From Malacoraja senta (taxonomy: Eukaryota), in contig CM075994.1 of assembly GCA_038087875.1 (NCBI GenBank), positions 9,240,001-9,304,000 on the forward strand: a stretch of 64,000 nt of DNA, in the 5' to 3' direction. The notes under the pieces are model-generated. The model worked only from the letters and a program-made list of their open reading frames with translations. It had not been told where the DNA came from and made no database searches. This document shows positions 24,157 to 36,189 of this stretch, one piece after another. Positions within the stretch are counted from its first letter, which is position 1. Each line of letters starts with the position of its first letter. Made by a program: the position numbers and the translations under genes.

Positions 24157-26105
24157 ATATAAACATATAACAATTACAGCATGGAAACAGGCCATCTCGG
24201 CCCTTCTAGTTCGTGTCGAATACTTACTCTCACCTAGTCCCATCTACCTGCACTCAGACCATAACCCTCCATTCGTTTCCCGTCCATATACCTATCCAAT
24301 TATTATTAGATAAAAACTAACCTGCCTCCACCACTTCCACTGGAAGCTCATTCCACACAGCTACCACTCTCTGAGAAAACAAGTTTCCCCTCATGTTGCC
24401 CCTAAACTTTTGTCCCTTAATTCTCAAATCATGTCCTCTTGTTTGAATCTTCCCTACTCTCAATGGGAAAAGCTTATTCACGTCAACTCTGTCTATCACT
24501 CTCATAATTTTAAAGACCTCTATCAAGTCCCCCCTTAACCTTCTGCGCTCCAAAGAATAAACACCTATCTTGTTGAACCTTTCTCTGTAACTTAGGTGCT
24601 GAAACCCAGGCAACATTCTAGTAAATCTCCTCTGTACTCTCTCTATTTTGTTGACATCCTTCCTATAATTAGGCGACCAAAATTGTACTCCATACTCCAG
24701 AATTGGCCTCACCAATGCCTTGTACAATTTTAACATTACATCCCAACTTCTATACTCAATGCTCTGATTTATAAAGGCCAGCACACCAAAAGCTCTCTTT
24801 ACCACCCTATCTACATGAGATTCCACCTTCAGGGAACTATGCACAGTTATTCCAAGATCCGTCTGTTCAACTGCATTCCTCAATTCACTACCATTTACCA
24901 TGTACGTCCTATTTTGATTTGTTCTGCCAAGATGTAACACCTCACACTTATCAGCATTAAACTGCATCTGCCATCTTTCAGCCCGCTCTTCCAAATGGCC
25001 TAAATCTCTCTGTAGACTTTGAAAATCTACTTCATTATCCACAACACCACCTATCTTAGTATCATCTGCATACTTACTAATCCAATTTACCACAGCATCA
25101 TCCAGATCAATGATGTATATGACAAACAACAGTGGACCCAACACAGATCCCCGAGGCACCCCACTAGTCACCGGCCTCCAACCTGACAAACAGTTATCCA
25201 CCATGACTCTCTGGTATCTCCCATTCAGCCACTGTTGAATCCATCTTGCTACTCCACTATTAATACCCAACAATTGAACCTTCTTAACCAACCTTCCATG
25301 TGGAACCTTGTCAAAGGCCTTACTGAAGTCCATATAGACAACATCCACTGCTTTCCCCTCATCAATTTCCCTAGTAACCTCTTCATAAAATTCAAGAAGA
25401 TTAGTCAAACATGACCTTCCAGGCACAAATCCATGTTGACTGTTCCTAATCAGACCCTGTTTATCCAGATGATTATATATCTTATCTCTAAGTATCCTTT
25501 CCATTAATTTGCCCACACTGATGTCAAACTAACAGGTCTATAATTGCTAGGTTTACTCTTAGAACCCTTTTTAAACAATGGAACAACATGCGCCGTACGC
25601 CAATCCTCCGGCACTATTCCCGTTTCTAATGACATTTGAAATATTTCTGCCATAGCCCCTGCTATTTCTACACTAACTTCCCTCAATGTCCTAGGAATTT
25701 TCTGTCAGGACCTGGAGATTTATCCACTTTTATATTTTTCAAAAGTGTCAGTACTTCCTCTTCTTTGATCCTCAGTTTCCATAGCTACCCTACTTGTTTC
25801 CCTTAGCTCACATAATTCAATATCCTTCTCCTTGGTGAATACCGAAGAAAAGACATTGTTCAATATCTCCCCCATCTCTTTTAGCTCTGCAGATAGCTGT
25901 CCACTCTGACTCTCTAATGGACCAATTTTATCCCTCGTTATCCTTTTGCTATTAATATAGCTGTAGAAACCCTTTGGATTTACTTTCACCCTACTTGCCA
26001 AAGCAACCTCATATCTTCTTTTAGCTTTCCTAATTTCTTTCTTAAGATTCTTTTTACATTCTTTATACTCCTCAAGCACCTCATTTACTCCATGCTGCTT
26101 ATAAT
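24157..26105 (-). mobile_element. 5'-truncated CR1 LINE in the Ly6 3' region (copy 1 of 3)
   Basis: RT ORFs 24317-25516 etc. with YADD; absent from the homologous gene C region near 61453. Confidence 0.88.
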
Positions 26106-26503
26106 TATGTCTGATCATCCCCAATCAGTACCCCATTCCAGCCTTCTTCCCATATACACTGACTCCTCTATCTAGCTCTCCCTTGAAAGTATTGGCATTG
26201 CCTTCGTCAACTTGAAGGAGGTTGTCCATGCACTGCCATCATAACATGCTTGTCTAGCCCCCTGAGATAAACAGTATTATAAGGTCATGCAGTAGGTGAT
26301 AGGAGAAGAACAAGGCCATTCGGCCCATCAAGTCTACTCCGCCATTCAATCATGGCTGATCTATCTCTCCCTCCTAACCCCATTCTCCTGCCTTCTCCAC
26401 ATAACCCCTGACACCCGCCCTAATCAAGAATCTATCTATCTCTGTGGTAAAAATATCAATTCACTTGGCCTCCCCAGCCTTCTGTTGGAGTTACTGAAGA
26501 TGT

Positions 26504-29500
26504 AAAAGGGGCAAAAACAGAAAGGAAGGGTAGTAAAAATCATCTGAAAGTGCTGTATCTAAATGCACGGAGTATTCGAAATAAGATAAATGAATTAATG
26601 GTGCAATTAAGTATATATAGTTATGATATCGTGGCCATTACGGAGACATGGCTGCAAGGGGATCAGGATTGGGAGTTAAATATAGAGGGGTACTCGACAA
26701 TTAGAAAAGATAGACAGGAAAGAAAGGGAGGAGGGGTGGCCCTTTTAATAAGGGAGGGAATAACGGCAATAGAGAGGAAGGATATTGCGTTGAAGGATCA
26801 GGATAGTGAAACAGCTTGGGTACAGATAGAGAATAACAAGGGGAAAAAAACACTAGTGGGTGTAATTTATAGACCTCCAAATAGCTGTGACGCTGTTAGT
26901 CAGAACATAAATCTGCAAATAGTTGACGCATGTAAAAAGGGAACTGCTGTAATCATGGGGGACTTCAATTTTCATATTAATTGGGCAAACCAAACTGGGC
27001 AGGGTAGACTAGAGGAAGAGTTTATAGAATGTATTAGAGACGGGTTCCTAGAACAGTATGTCACAGAACCGACAAGGGGGGAGGCAATCTTGGATCTGGT
27101 CCTGTGTAATGAAGCAGGATTAATTAAAAATGTCATAGTTAGGGACTCGTTGGGAACAAGTGACCACAATATGGTCGAATTCCATATTCAAATAGAAGGG
27201 GAGCAGGTTGAAACTCAGGCTAGGGTACTTAGTCTAAATAAGGGGGATTATGAAGGTATGAGGACTGAGCTGATCAAAGTTGACTGGGATAGCAGACTCA
27301 AGAATAGGACGGTACATGAGCAGTGGTGTACGTTTAAGGATCTACTGTATAACCTTCAAGAAAAATTTATTCCTATGAAGAGAAAAAGGGGTAAGGGAAA
27401 GAACAGTCAGCCATGGCTCAGTAAAACTATAAAGGATAGTATTCGGCTGAAGGCAAGGGCATATAAGGTAGCCAGAGATAGTGGGAGGGCAGAGGATTGG
27501 GAAGCATTTAAAGGTCAGCAAAAAATAACTAAGAGCTTAATTAAGACGGGGAAAATAGACTATGAAAGGAATTTAGCGAACAACATAAAAACTAATAGTA
27601 AGAGTTTTTATAGCTATATAAAAAGAAAAAGGGTGGCTAAGGTGAACGTTGGTCCATTGGAGGGTGAGACTGGAGAGTTGTTGGTGGGGAACATGGAAAT
27701 GGCAAAGGCATTAAACGAGTATTTTGTATCAGTCTTCACCATAGAAGACACAAAAAATATTCCAACGCTGGATAAACAGGGGGCGGTAGGAATGGAGGAG
27801 CTAAATACTATTAAGATCACCAAGGAGGTGGTATTAGGGAAATTAATGAGACTGAAGGAGGATAAATCCCCTGGGCCTGATGGATTACATCCAAGGGTCT
27901 TGAGGGAGATAGCGGTGGGGATTGTGGATGCATTGGTGATAATTTTCCAAAACTCCCTGGAGGCAGGAACGGTCCCAGTGGATTGGAAAATGGCCAATGT
28001 AACACCTATATTTAAAAAAGGAAGTAAACAGAAGGCGGGTAACTATAGACCGGTTAGTCTAACATCGGTGGTGGGTAAAATGTTAGAGACAATTATTAAA
28101 GAAACACTAACGGGGCACTTGGATAAACATGACTTCATCGGACAGAACCAGCATGGTTTTGTGAAGGGGAAGTCCTGTTTAACGAATCTGCTCGAATTCT
28201 TTGAGGAAGTAACAACCCGGGTGGATAAAGGGGAACCGGTGGATGTGGTATACTTGGACTTCCAAAAGGCTTTTGACAAGGTGCCACATAAGAGACTATT
28301 GCTAAAAATAAAAAATTATGGGATTGGGGGTAATATATTAGCATGGGTAGAGGATTGGCTAACAAATAGGAAGCAGAGAGTGGGGATAAATGGTTCATAC
28401 TCGGGATGGCAACCGGTAACTAGCGGGGTTCCGCAAGGGTCGGTGCTGGGACCCCAGTTGTTCACAATTTATATAAATGATTTGGAGGAGGGAACCAAGT
28501 GTAATATATCAAAATTTGCGGACGATACAAAAATGGGAGGAAAAGTAGGGGATGAGGAGGATAGGAAGAGTCTGCAAAAGGATATAGATAAGCTAGGTGA
28601 GTGGGCAACAACTTGGCAGATGAAATTTAATACTAATAAATGTGAAGTCATTCACTTTGGGAAAAAAAATGATAGGGCAAGTTATTTTCTAAATGAGGTG
28701 GAGCTGCGTTGTAATGCAACGCAAAGGGATCTAGGGGTAGTAGTACATGAATCACTAAAAGTTAGTATGCAGGTGCAGCAAGCAATCAGGAAGGCCAATG
28801 GAGTTTTGGCCTTTATTGCTAGGGGGATTGAGTATAAAAACACGGAGGTCTTGCTGCAGCTGTACACAGTATTAGTGAGACCACATTTGGAATACTGTGT
28901 ACAGTTCTGGGGTCCATACTTAAGAAAGGATGTACTGGCCCTGGAGGCAGTGCAGCGAAGGTTTACAAGATTAATTCCTGCAATGAGGGGATTGACATAT
29001 GAGGAAAGGTTAAGTAGGCTGGAACTCTACTCTTTGGAGTTTAGAAGAATGAGAGGCGATCTCATTGAAACATATAAGATCGTGAGGGGCCTTGATCGGG
29101 TGGATGCACCGAGGATGTTCCCAATGATCGGGGAAACTAGAACTAGGGGACATAGTTGTAGAATAAGAGGGGGCTCTTTTAAAACTGAGATGAGGAAGAA
29201 CTTCTTCACCCAGAGGGTGGTTAATTTATGGAATTCACTGCCCCAGGGAGCAGTGGAAGCAGAAACATTAAATATATTTAAGTCTAAAATAGATGGTTTT
29301 TTAGCTGCCAAGGGGATAAGGGGCTACGGGGAGAGGGCAGGGATATGGACCTAGGTATGGTTAGTATAGTAAGACCTGAGTGATCTCCTGGACAAGTGTC
29401 GATCGCCTGGATTGGGGTCGGAGAGGAATTTCCCGGATTTTTTTCCCGAATTGGACCTGGGTTTTTATCCGGTTTTTTGCCTCCCCCAGGAGATCACGCG

Positions 29501-29684
29501 GTTCTTCGGGTGGAGAGGGGTGATAGCGATATAAAGGGGAGGGTAGTGTCTTGTGTTCTGTGTCTTGTGTCTACTGTTTGTGGGTAAGGGTGTCTGTTTA
29601 GTGTTCAGCCATGAGCGAATGGCGGTGCGGGCTCGATGGGCCTGGTGGTCTACTCTCGCACCTACTTTCTATGTTTCTATGTTT
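26504..29684 (+). mobile_element. Young 5'-truncated CR1-clade LINE with uninterrupted endonuclease-RT ORF
   Basis: Carries ORF 26550-29354 and a (TTTCTATG)n tail; empty sites visible in sister duplicates near 34197 and 38550. Confidence 0.93.
26550..29354 (+). CDS. CR1 ORF2 (APE endonuclease plus reverse transcriptase), 934 aa
   Basis: YLNARS, ITETWL, GDFN, SDHN (APE); DFQKAFD, GVPQGSVLGP, FADD (RT); no internal stop. Confidence 0.9.
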   Translation: MLYLNARSIRNKINELMVQLSIYSYDIVAITETWLQGDQDWELNIEGYSTIRKDRQERKGGGVALLIREGITAIERKDIALKDQDSETAWVQIENNKGKKTLVGVIYRPPNSCDAVSQNINLQIVDACKKGTAVIMGDFNFHINWANQTGQGRLEEEFIECIRDGFLEQYVTEPTRGEAILDLVLCNEAGLIKNVIVRDSLGTSDHNMVEFHIQIEGEQVETQARVLSLNKGDYEGMRTELIKVDWDSRLKNRTVHEQWCTFKDLLYNLQEKFIPMKRKRGKGKNSQPWLSKTIKDSIRLKARAYKVARDSGRAEDWEAFKGQQKITKSLIKTGKIDYERNLANNIKTNSKSFYSYIKRKRVAKVNVGPLEGETGELLVGNMEMAKALNEYFVSVFTIEDTKNIPTLDKQGAVGMEELNTIKITKEVVLGKLMRLKEDKSPGPDGLHPRVLREIAVGIVDALVIIFQNSLEAGTVPVDWKMANVTPIFKKGSKQKAGNYRPVSLTSVVGKMLETIIKETLTGHLDKHDFIGQNQHGFVKGKSCLTNLLEFFEEVTTRVDKGEPVDVVYLDFQKAFDKVPHKRLLLKIKNYGIGGNILAWVEDWLTNRKQRVGINGSYSGWQPVTSGVPQGSVLGPQLFTIYINDLEEGTKCNISKFADDTKMGGKVGDEEDRKSLQKDIDKLGEWATTWQMKFNTNKCEVIHFGKKNDRASYFLNEVELRCNATQRDLGVVVHESLKVSMQVQQAIRKANGVLAFIARGIEYKNTEVLLQLYTVLVRPHLEYCVQFWGPYLRKDVLALEAVQRRFTRLIPAMRGLTYEERLSRLELYSLEFRRMRGDLIETYKIVRGLDRVDAPRMFPMIGETRTRGHSCRIRGGSFKTEMRKNFFTQRVVNLWNSLPQGAVEAETLNIFKSKIDGFLAAKGIRGYGERAGIWT

Positions 29685-29965
29685 ATATATATATGTAACC
29701 AGCTCCAAAACATAATTCAAATCAATAACAAATAAAAAAGTACATTGGAAGATTGAGGAATTACAGAACCCATAGAACTAACCACCATCGATGAACTAAT
29801 CCTGAACCTGGATGAGGGTTACTGATTTTGAAATGAAAAGGATTTGCACATCTGTTAGATTAAGTTGCTCATCTCTTGGAAATCAAGTGTTAAGACTCAT
29901 TATCCCTGATCTTCAGACAAAAAGCACCCAGAAGATTGCACTGTCATTATTATTATGCACTTGCT

Positions 29966-30153
29966 TCACATAAATATTGCAAACCAGACTGAGACCAGAG
30001 CAGGGAACAGCAGAAGAGATAATTTAACTTGGTCACTCGCGTTGCAGAGGTCAGTATCACAACAGTGGATAGAGACCAGGGCTCCTCCGATATTTTGCTG
30101 GACATTACAAAGAGCAGGGAGAATACATGCGGCTTCGTAAAACGTTAAATTTC
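29966..30153 (-). CDS. Duplicated Ly6 terminal exon (copy 3; TGA stop)
   Basis: 188-bp copy with intact acceptor and frame; no private exon 1 or 2. Confidence 0.7.
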
Positions 30154-31852
30154 CTGGAAAAACAGAATGGATAGTTAAATAATTTCTGTGTTTATAGTTC
30201 ACGAGACCAAGTGGGACCCGTTGGGTCTCATCCCCTCTACGCGTGGTTGCAGTGACGCACACACACTAACCACCCCCACACACACACTAACCACCCCCCA
30301 CACACACACACTATCCACCCCGCACACACACACTAACCACCCCCCACACACACACTAACCACCCCCCACACACACACTAACCACCCCCCACACACACACT
30401 ATACACCCCCCACACACGCACTAACCAACACCCACACTAACCACCCCCACACTATACACTCCCCAAACACACACACACACACACTAACCACCCCCCACAC
30501 ATACACTAACCACCCCCACACACACTATACACCCCCCACACACACTAACCAACCAGCCCCCCACACACTAACAACCCCCATTGATTTTATATTAATATTA
30601 TTCATACATTACTTTTACTCCATCCCCCACCCTATCCACTCATGTATAGCCCCCAACTCGCAGGCACGGCTCGAGAGAGGGGGGCAGACAGAGAGGGACA
30701 CAGAAGCACAGAGAGGGACACAGAGGCAGAGGGAGGGACACAGAGGCAGAGGGTGGGAGGGGGAGAGGGGGTCAAGAGGGAGTGTGAGGGGGCAGAGAGG
30801 GAGCAGAGAGGGAGCAGGGGGGCAGAGAGGGAGGGGTGTAGTGTTTGAGGGCTGGGGGGGGGGCTGTGGGAGAGCTGGGAAGGGGAGGGGAAGGAGGGAG
30901 AAAGCAGGGACTACCTGAAATTGGAGAAGTCAGTGTTCATACCGCTGGGGTGTAAACTGCCCAAGCGAAATATGAGGTGCTGCTCCTCCAATTTTCGGTG
31001 GGACTCACTCTGGCCATGGAGGAGGCCCAGGACAGAAAGGTCAGATTGGGAATGGGAGGGGGAAGTTGAAGTGCTGGGCCACCGTGAGATCAGGTTGGTT
31101 AATGCGTCACTTATTCCTTCGCTCCATAGATACTGCCTCACCCGCTGAGTTTCTCCAGCATTTTTGTCTACCTTCGATTTTTCCAGCATTTCGATTCTTT
31201 CTTAAACGTGGCAATAATAGGGACCGCTGTTAAAAGTTGCTGAGGGTCTATCACCAACTCTGCTCTAGGCTTTTCCTCACAGCAGTTTGCTACGGAGCCA
31301 AAATGAAGAGACGGACACGGAAGCGCAATGGGCGGCAGGGTGGCGCAGCGGCAGAGATGCTGCCTTACAGCGCTTGCAGCGCCGGACACCCGTGGTCAGG
31401 ATGGAACCCGGGTCTCTGGCGCCGCGAGGCATCAACTCTACCGCTGCACCACCGTGCAGTTTATAAAATTGTTTTCCAGAATTTGATAGAGGCTTTGACA
31501 GATTCTTCATTAGTACAAGTTTCAGGGGTTATGGGGAGAATGGGGTTGAGAGGGAAAGATAGATCGGCCATGATTGAAGGGCCGAGTAGGCTTGATGGGC
31601 CGAATGGCTTAATCCTGCTCCTGGAACATAAAAAAAGGAATATGCTCACATATTTTTTGAAAATCAGTATTTTATTGAGATGCAGCAACAGATGTACAGA
31701 GTCATGGTACAAACTCCAAGTTATATGCTTATTATTATTATCCAAATTATTATAAGGTTGCAAGTATCAAGTATGGTGTATTAGGCAATAGACAATAGGT
31801 GCAGGAGAAGGCTATTCGGCACTTCGAGCCAGCACCGCCATTCAATGTGATC

Positions 31853-33803
31853 ATATAAACATATAACAATTACAGCATGGAAACAGGCCATCTCGGCCCT
31901 TCTAGTTCGTGCCGAATACTTACTCTCACCTAGCCCCATCTACCTGCACTCAGACCATAACCCTCCATTCGTTTCCCGTCCATATACCTATCCAATTATT
32001 ATTAGATAAAAACGAACCTGCCTCCACCACTTCCACTGGAAGCTCATTCCACACAGCTACCACTCTCTGAGAAAACAAGTTTCCCCTCATGTTGTCCCTA
32101 AACCTTTGTCCCTTAATTCTCAAATCATGTCCTCGTGTTTGAATCTTCCCTACTCTCAATGGGAAAAGCTTATTCACGTCAACTCTGTCTATCACTCTCA
32201 TAATTTTAAAGACCTCTATCAAGTCCCCCCTTAACCTTCTGCGCTCCAAAGAATAAACACCTATCTTGTTGAACCTTTCTCTGTAACTTAGGTGCTGACA
32301 CCCAGGCAACATTCTAGTAAATCTCCTCTGTACTCTCTCTATTTTGTTGACATCCTTCCTATAATTAGGTGACCAAAATTGTACTCCATACTCCAGAATT
32401 GGCCTCACCAATGCCTTGAAGAATTTTAACATTACATCCCAACTTCTATACTCAATGCTCTGATTTATAAATGCCAGCACACCAAAAGCTCTCTTTACCA
32501 CCCTATCTACATGAGATTCCACCTTCAGGGAACTATGCACAGTTATTCCAAGATCCGTCTGTTCAACTGCATTCCTCAATTCGCTACCATTTACCATGTA
32601 CGTCCTATTTTGATTTGTTCTGCCAAGATGTAGCACCTCACACTTATCAGCATTAAACTGCATCTGCCATCTTTCAGCCCGCTCTTCCAAATGGCCTAAA
32701 TCTCTCTGTAGACTTTGAAAATCTACTTCATTATCCACAACACCACCTATCTTAGTATCATCTGCATACTTACTAATCCAATTTACCACAGCATCATCCA
32801 GATCAATGATGTATATGACAAACAACAGTGGACCCAACACAGATCCCCGAGGCACCCCATTAGTCACCGGCCTCCAACCTGACAAACAGTTATCCACCAT
32901 GACTCTCTGGTATCTCCCATTCAGCCACTGTTGAATCCATCTTGCTACTCCACTATTAATACCCAACAATTGAACCTTCTTAACCAACCTTCCATGTGGA
33001 ACCTTGTCAAAGGCCTTACTGAAGTCCATATAGACAACATCCACTGCTTCCCCTCATCAATTTCCCTAGTAACCTCTTCATAAAATTCAAGAAGATTAGT
33101 CAAACATGACCTTCCAGGCACAAATCCATGTTGACTGTTCCTAATCAGACCCTGTTTATCCAGATGATTATATATCTTATCTCTAAGTATCCTTTCCATT
33201 AATTTGCCCACCACTGATGTCAAACTAACAGGTCTATAATTGCTAGGTTTACTCTTAGAACCCTTTTTAAACAATGGAACAACATGCGCCGTACGCCAAT
33301 CCTCCGGCACTATTCCCGTTTCTAATGACATTTGAAATATTTCTGTCATAGCCCCTGCTATTTCTACACTAACTTCCCTCAATGTCCTAGGAATTTTCTG
33401 TCAGGACCTGGAGACTTATCCACTTTTATATTTTTCAAAAGTGTCAGTACTTCCTCTTCTTTGATCCTCAGTTTCCATAGCTACCCTACTTGTTTCCCTT
33501 ACCTCACATAATTCAATATCCTTCTCCTTGGTGAATACCGAAGAAAATACATTGTTCAATATCTCCCCCATCTCTTTTAGCTCTGCAGATAGCTGTCCAC
33601 TCTGACTCTCTAATGGACCAATTTTATCCCTCGTTATCCTTTTGCTATTAATATAGCTGTAGAAACCCTTTGGATTTACTTTCACCTTACTTGCCAAAGC
33701 AACCTCATATCTTCTTTTAGCTTTCCTAATTTCTTTCTTAAGATTCTTTTTACATTCTTTATACTCCTCAAGCACCTCATTTACTCCATGCTGCTTATAA
33801 TTA
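31853..33803 (-). mobile_element. 5'-truncated CR1 LINE (copy 2 of 3, duplicated with its flank)
   Basis: RT ORFs 31950-33382, near-identical to 24157-26105. Confidence 0.88.
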
Positions 33804-34477
33804 TGGCTGATCATCCCCAATCAGTACCCCATTCCAGCCTTCTTCCCATATACACTGACTCCTCTATCTAGCTCTCCCTTGAAAGTATTGGCATTGCCTT
33901 CGTCAACTTGAAGGAGGTTGTCCATGCACTGCCATCATAACATGCTTGTCTAGCCCCCTGAGATAAACAGTATTATAAGGTCATGCAGTAGGTGATAGGA
34001 GAAGAACAAGGCCATTCGGCCCATCAAGTCTACTCCGCCATTCAATCATGGCTGATCTATCTCTCCCTCCTAACCCCATTCTCCTGCCTTCTCCACATAA
34101 CCCCTGACACCCGCCCTAATCAAGAATCTATCTATCTCTGCGGTAAAAATATCAATTCACTTGGCCTCCCCAGCCTTCTGTTGGAGTTACTGAAGGTGTA
34201 TATATATGTAACCAGCTCCAAAACATAATTCAAATCAATAACAAATAAAAAAGTACATTGGAAGATTGAGGAATTACAGAACCCATAGAACTAACCACCA
34301 TCGATGAACTAATCCTGAACCTGGATGAGGGTTACTGATTTTGAAATGAAAAGGATTTGCACATCTATTAGATTAAGTTGCTCATTTCTTGGAAATCAAG
34401 TGTTAACTCATTATCCCTGATCTTCAGACAAAAAGCACCCAGAAGATTGCACTGTGCATTATTATTATGCACTTGCT

Positions 34478-34665
34478 TTACATAAATATTGCAAACCAGA
34501 CTGAGACCAGAGCAGGGAACAGCAGAAGAGATAATTTAACTTGGTCACTCGCGTTGCAGAGGTCAGTATCACAACAGTGGATAGAGACCAGGGCTCCTCC
34601 GATATTTTGCTGGACATTACAAAGAGCAGGGAGAATACATGCGGCTTCGTAAAACGTTAAATTTC
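34478..34665 (-). CDS. Duplicated Ly6 terminal exon (copy 2; ...CNVQQNIGGALVSIHCCDTDLCN...FM*, TAA stop)
   Basis: 188-bp copy of exon 38833-39020 with intact ttttccAG acceptor and open frame; no private exon 1 or 2. Confidence 0.7.
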
Positions 34666-36189
34666 CTGGAAAAACAGAATGGATAGTTAAATAATTTCTG
34701 TGTTTATAGTTCACGAGACCAAGTGGGACCCGTTGGGTCTCATCCCCTCTACGCGTGGTTGCAGTGACACACACACACTAACCACCCCCACACACACACT
34801 AACCACCCCCACACACACACTAACCACCCCCCACACACACGCACTAACCACCCCGCACACACACACTAACCACCCCCCACACACACACTAACCACCCCCC
34901 ACACACACACTAACCACCCCCCACACACACACTATACACCCCCCACACACACACTAACCAACACCCACTAACCACCCCCACACTATACACTCCCCAAACA
35001 CACACACACACTAACCACCCCCCACACATACACTAACCACCCCCACACACACTATACACCCCCCACACACACTAACCAACCAGCCCCCCACACACTAACA
35101 ACCCCCATTGATTTTATATTAATATTATTCATACATTACTTTTACTCCATCCCCCACCCTATCCACTCATGTATAGCCCCCAACTCACAGGCACGGCTCG
35201 AGAGAGGGGGGCAGACAGAGAGGGACACAGAAGCACAGCGAGGGACACAGAGGCAGAGGGAGGGACACAGAGGCAGAGGGTGGGAGGGGGAGAGGGGGGG
35301 CAAGAGGGAGTGTGAGGGGGCAGAGAGGGAGCAGGGGGGCAGAGAGGGAGGGGTGTAGTGTTTGAGGGCTGGGGGGGGGGGCTGTGGGAGAGCTGGGAAG
35401 GGGAGGGGAAGGAGGGAGAAAGCAGGGACTACCTGAAATTGGAGAAGTCAGTGTTCATACCGCTGGGGTGTAAACTACCCAAGCGAAATATGAGGTGCTG
35501 CTCCTCCAATTTTCGGTGGCACTCACTCTGGCGTTAGAGGAGGCCCAGGACAGAAAGGTCAGATTGGGAATGGGAGGGGGAGTTGAAGTGCTGAGCCACC
35601 GGGAGATCAGGTTGGTTAATGCGTCACTTATTCCTTCGCTCCATAGATACTGCCTCACCCGCTGAGTTTCTCCAGCATTTTTGTCTACCTTCGATTTTTC
35701 CAGCATTTCGATTCTTTCTTAAACGTGGCAATAATAGGGACCGCTGTTAAAAGTTGCTGAGGGTCTATCACCAACTCTGCTCTAGGCTTTTCCTCACAGC
35801 AGTTTGCTCACACCAGAATTTGATGGAGGCTTTGACAGATTCTTCATTAGTACAAGTGTCAGGGGTTATGGGGAGAATGGGGTTGAGAGGGAAAGATAGA
35901 TCGGCCATGATTGAAGGGCCGAGTAGGCTTGATGGGCCGAATGGCTTAATCCTGCTCCTGGAACATAAAAAAAGGAATATGCTCACATATTTTTTGAAAA
36001 TCAGTATTTTATTGAGATGCAGCAACAGATGTACAGAGTCATGGTACAAACTCCAAGTTATATGATTATTATTATTATCCAAATTATTATAAGGTTGCAA
36101 GTATCAAGTATGGTGTATTAGGCAATAGACAATAGGTGCAGGAGAAGGCTATTCGGCACTTCGAGCCAGCACCGCCATTCAATGTGATC

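Noticed and set aside
29966..30262. 98-aa single-exon ORF reading of the Ly6 terminal exon (also 34478-34774, 62144-62380)
   Set aside because: The N-terminal extension is intron or Helitron sequence; the real boundary is the ttttccAG acceptor
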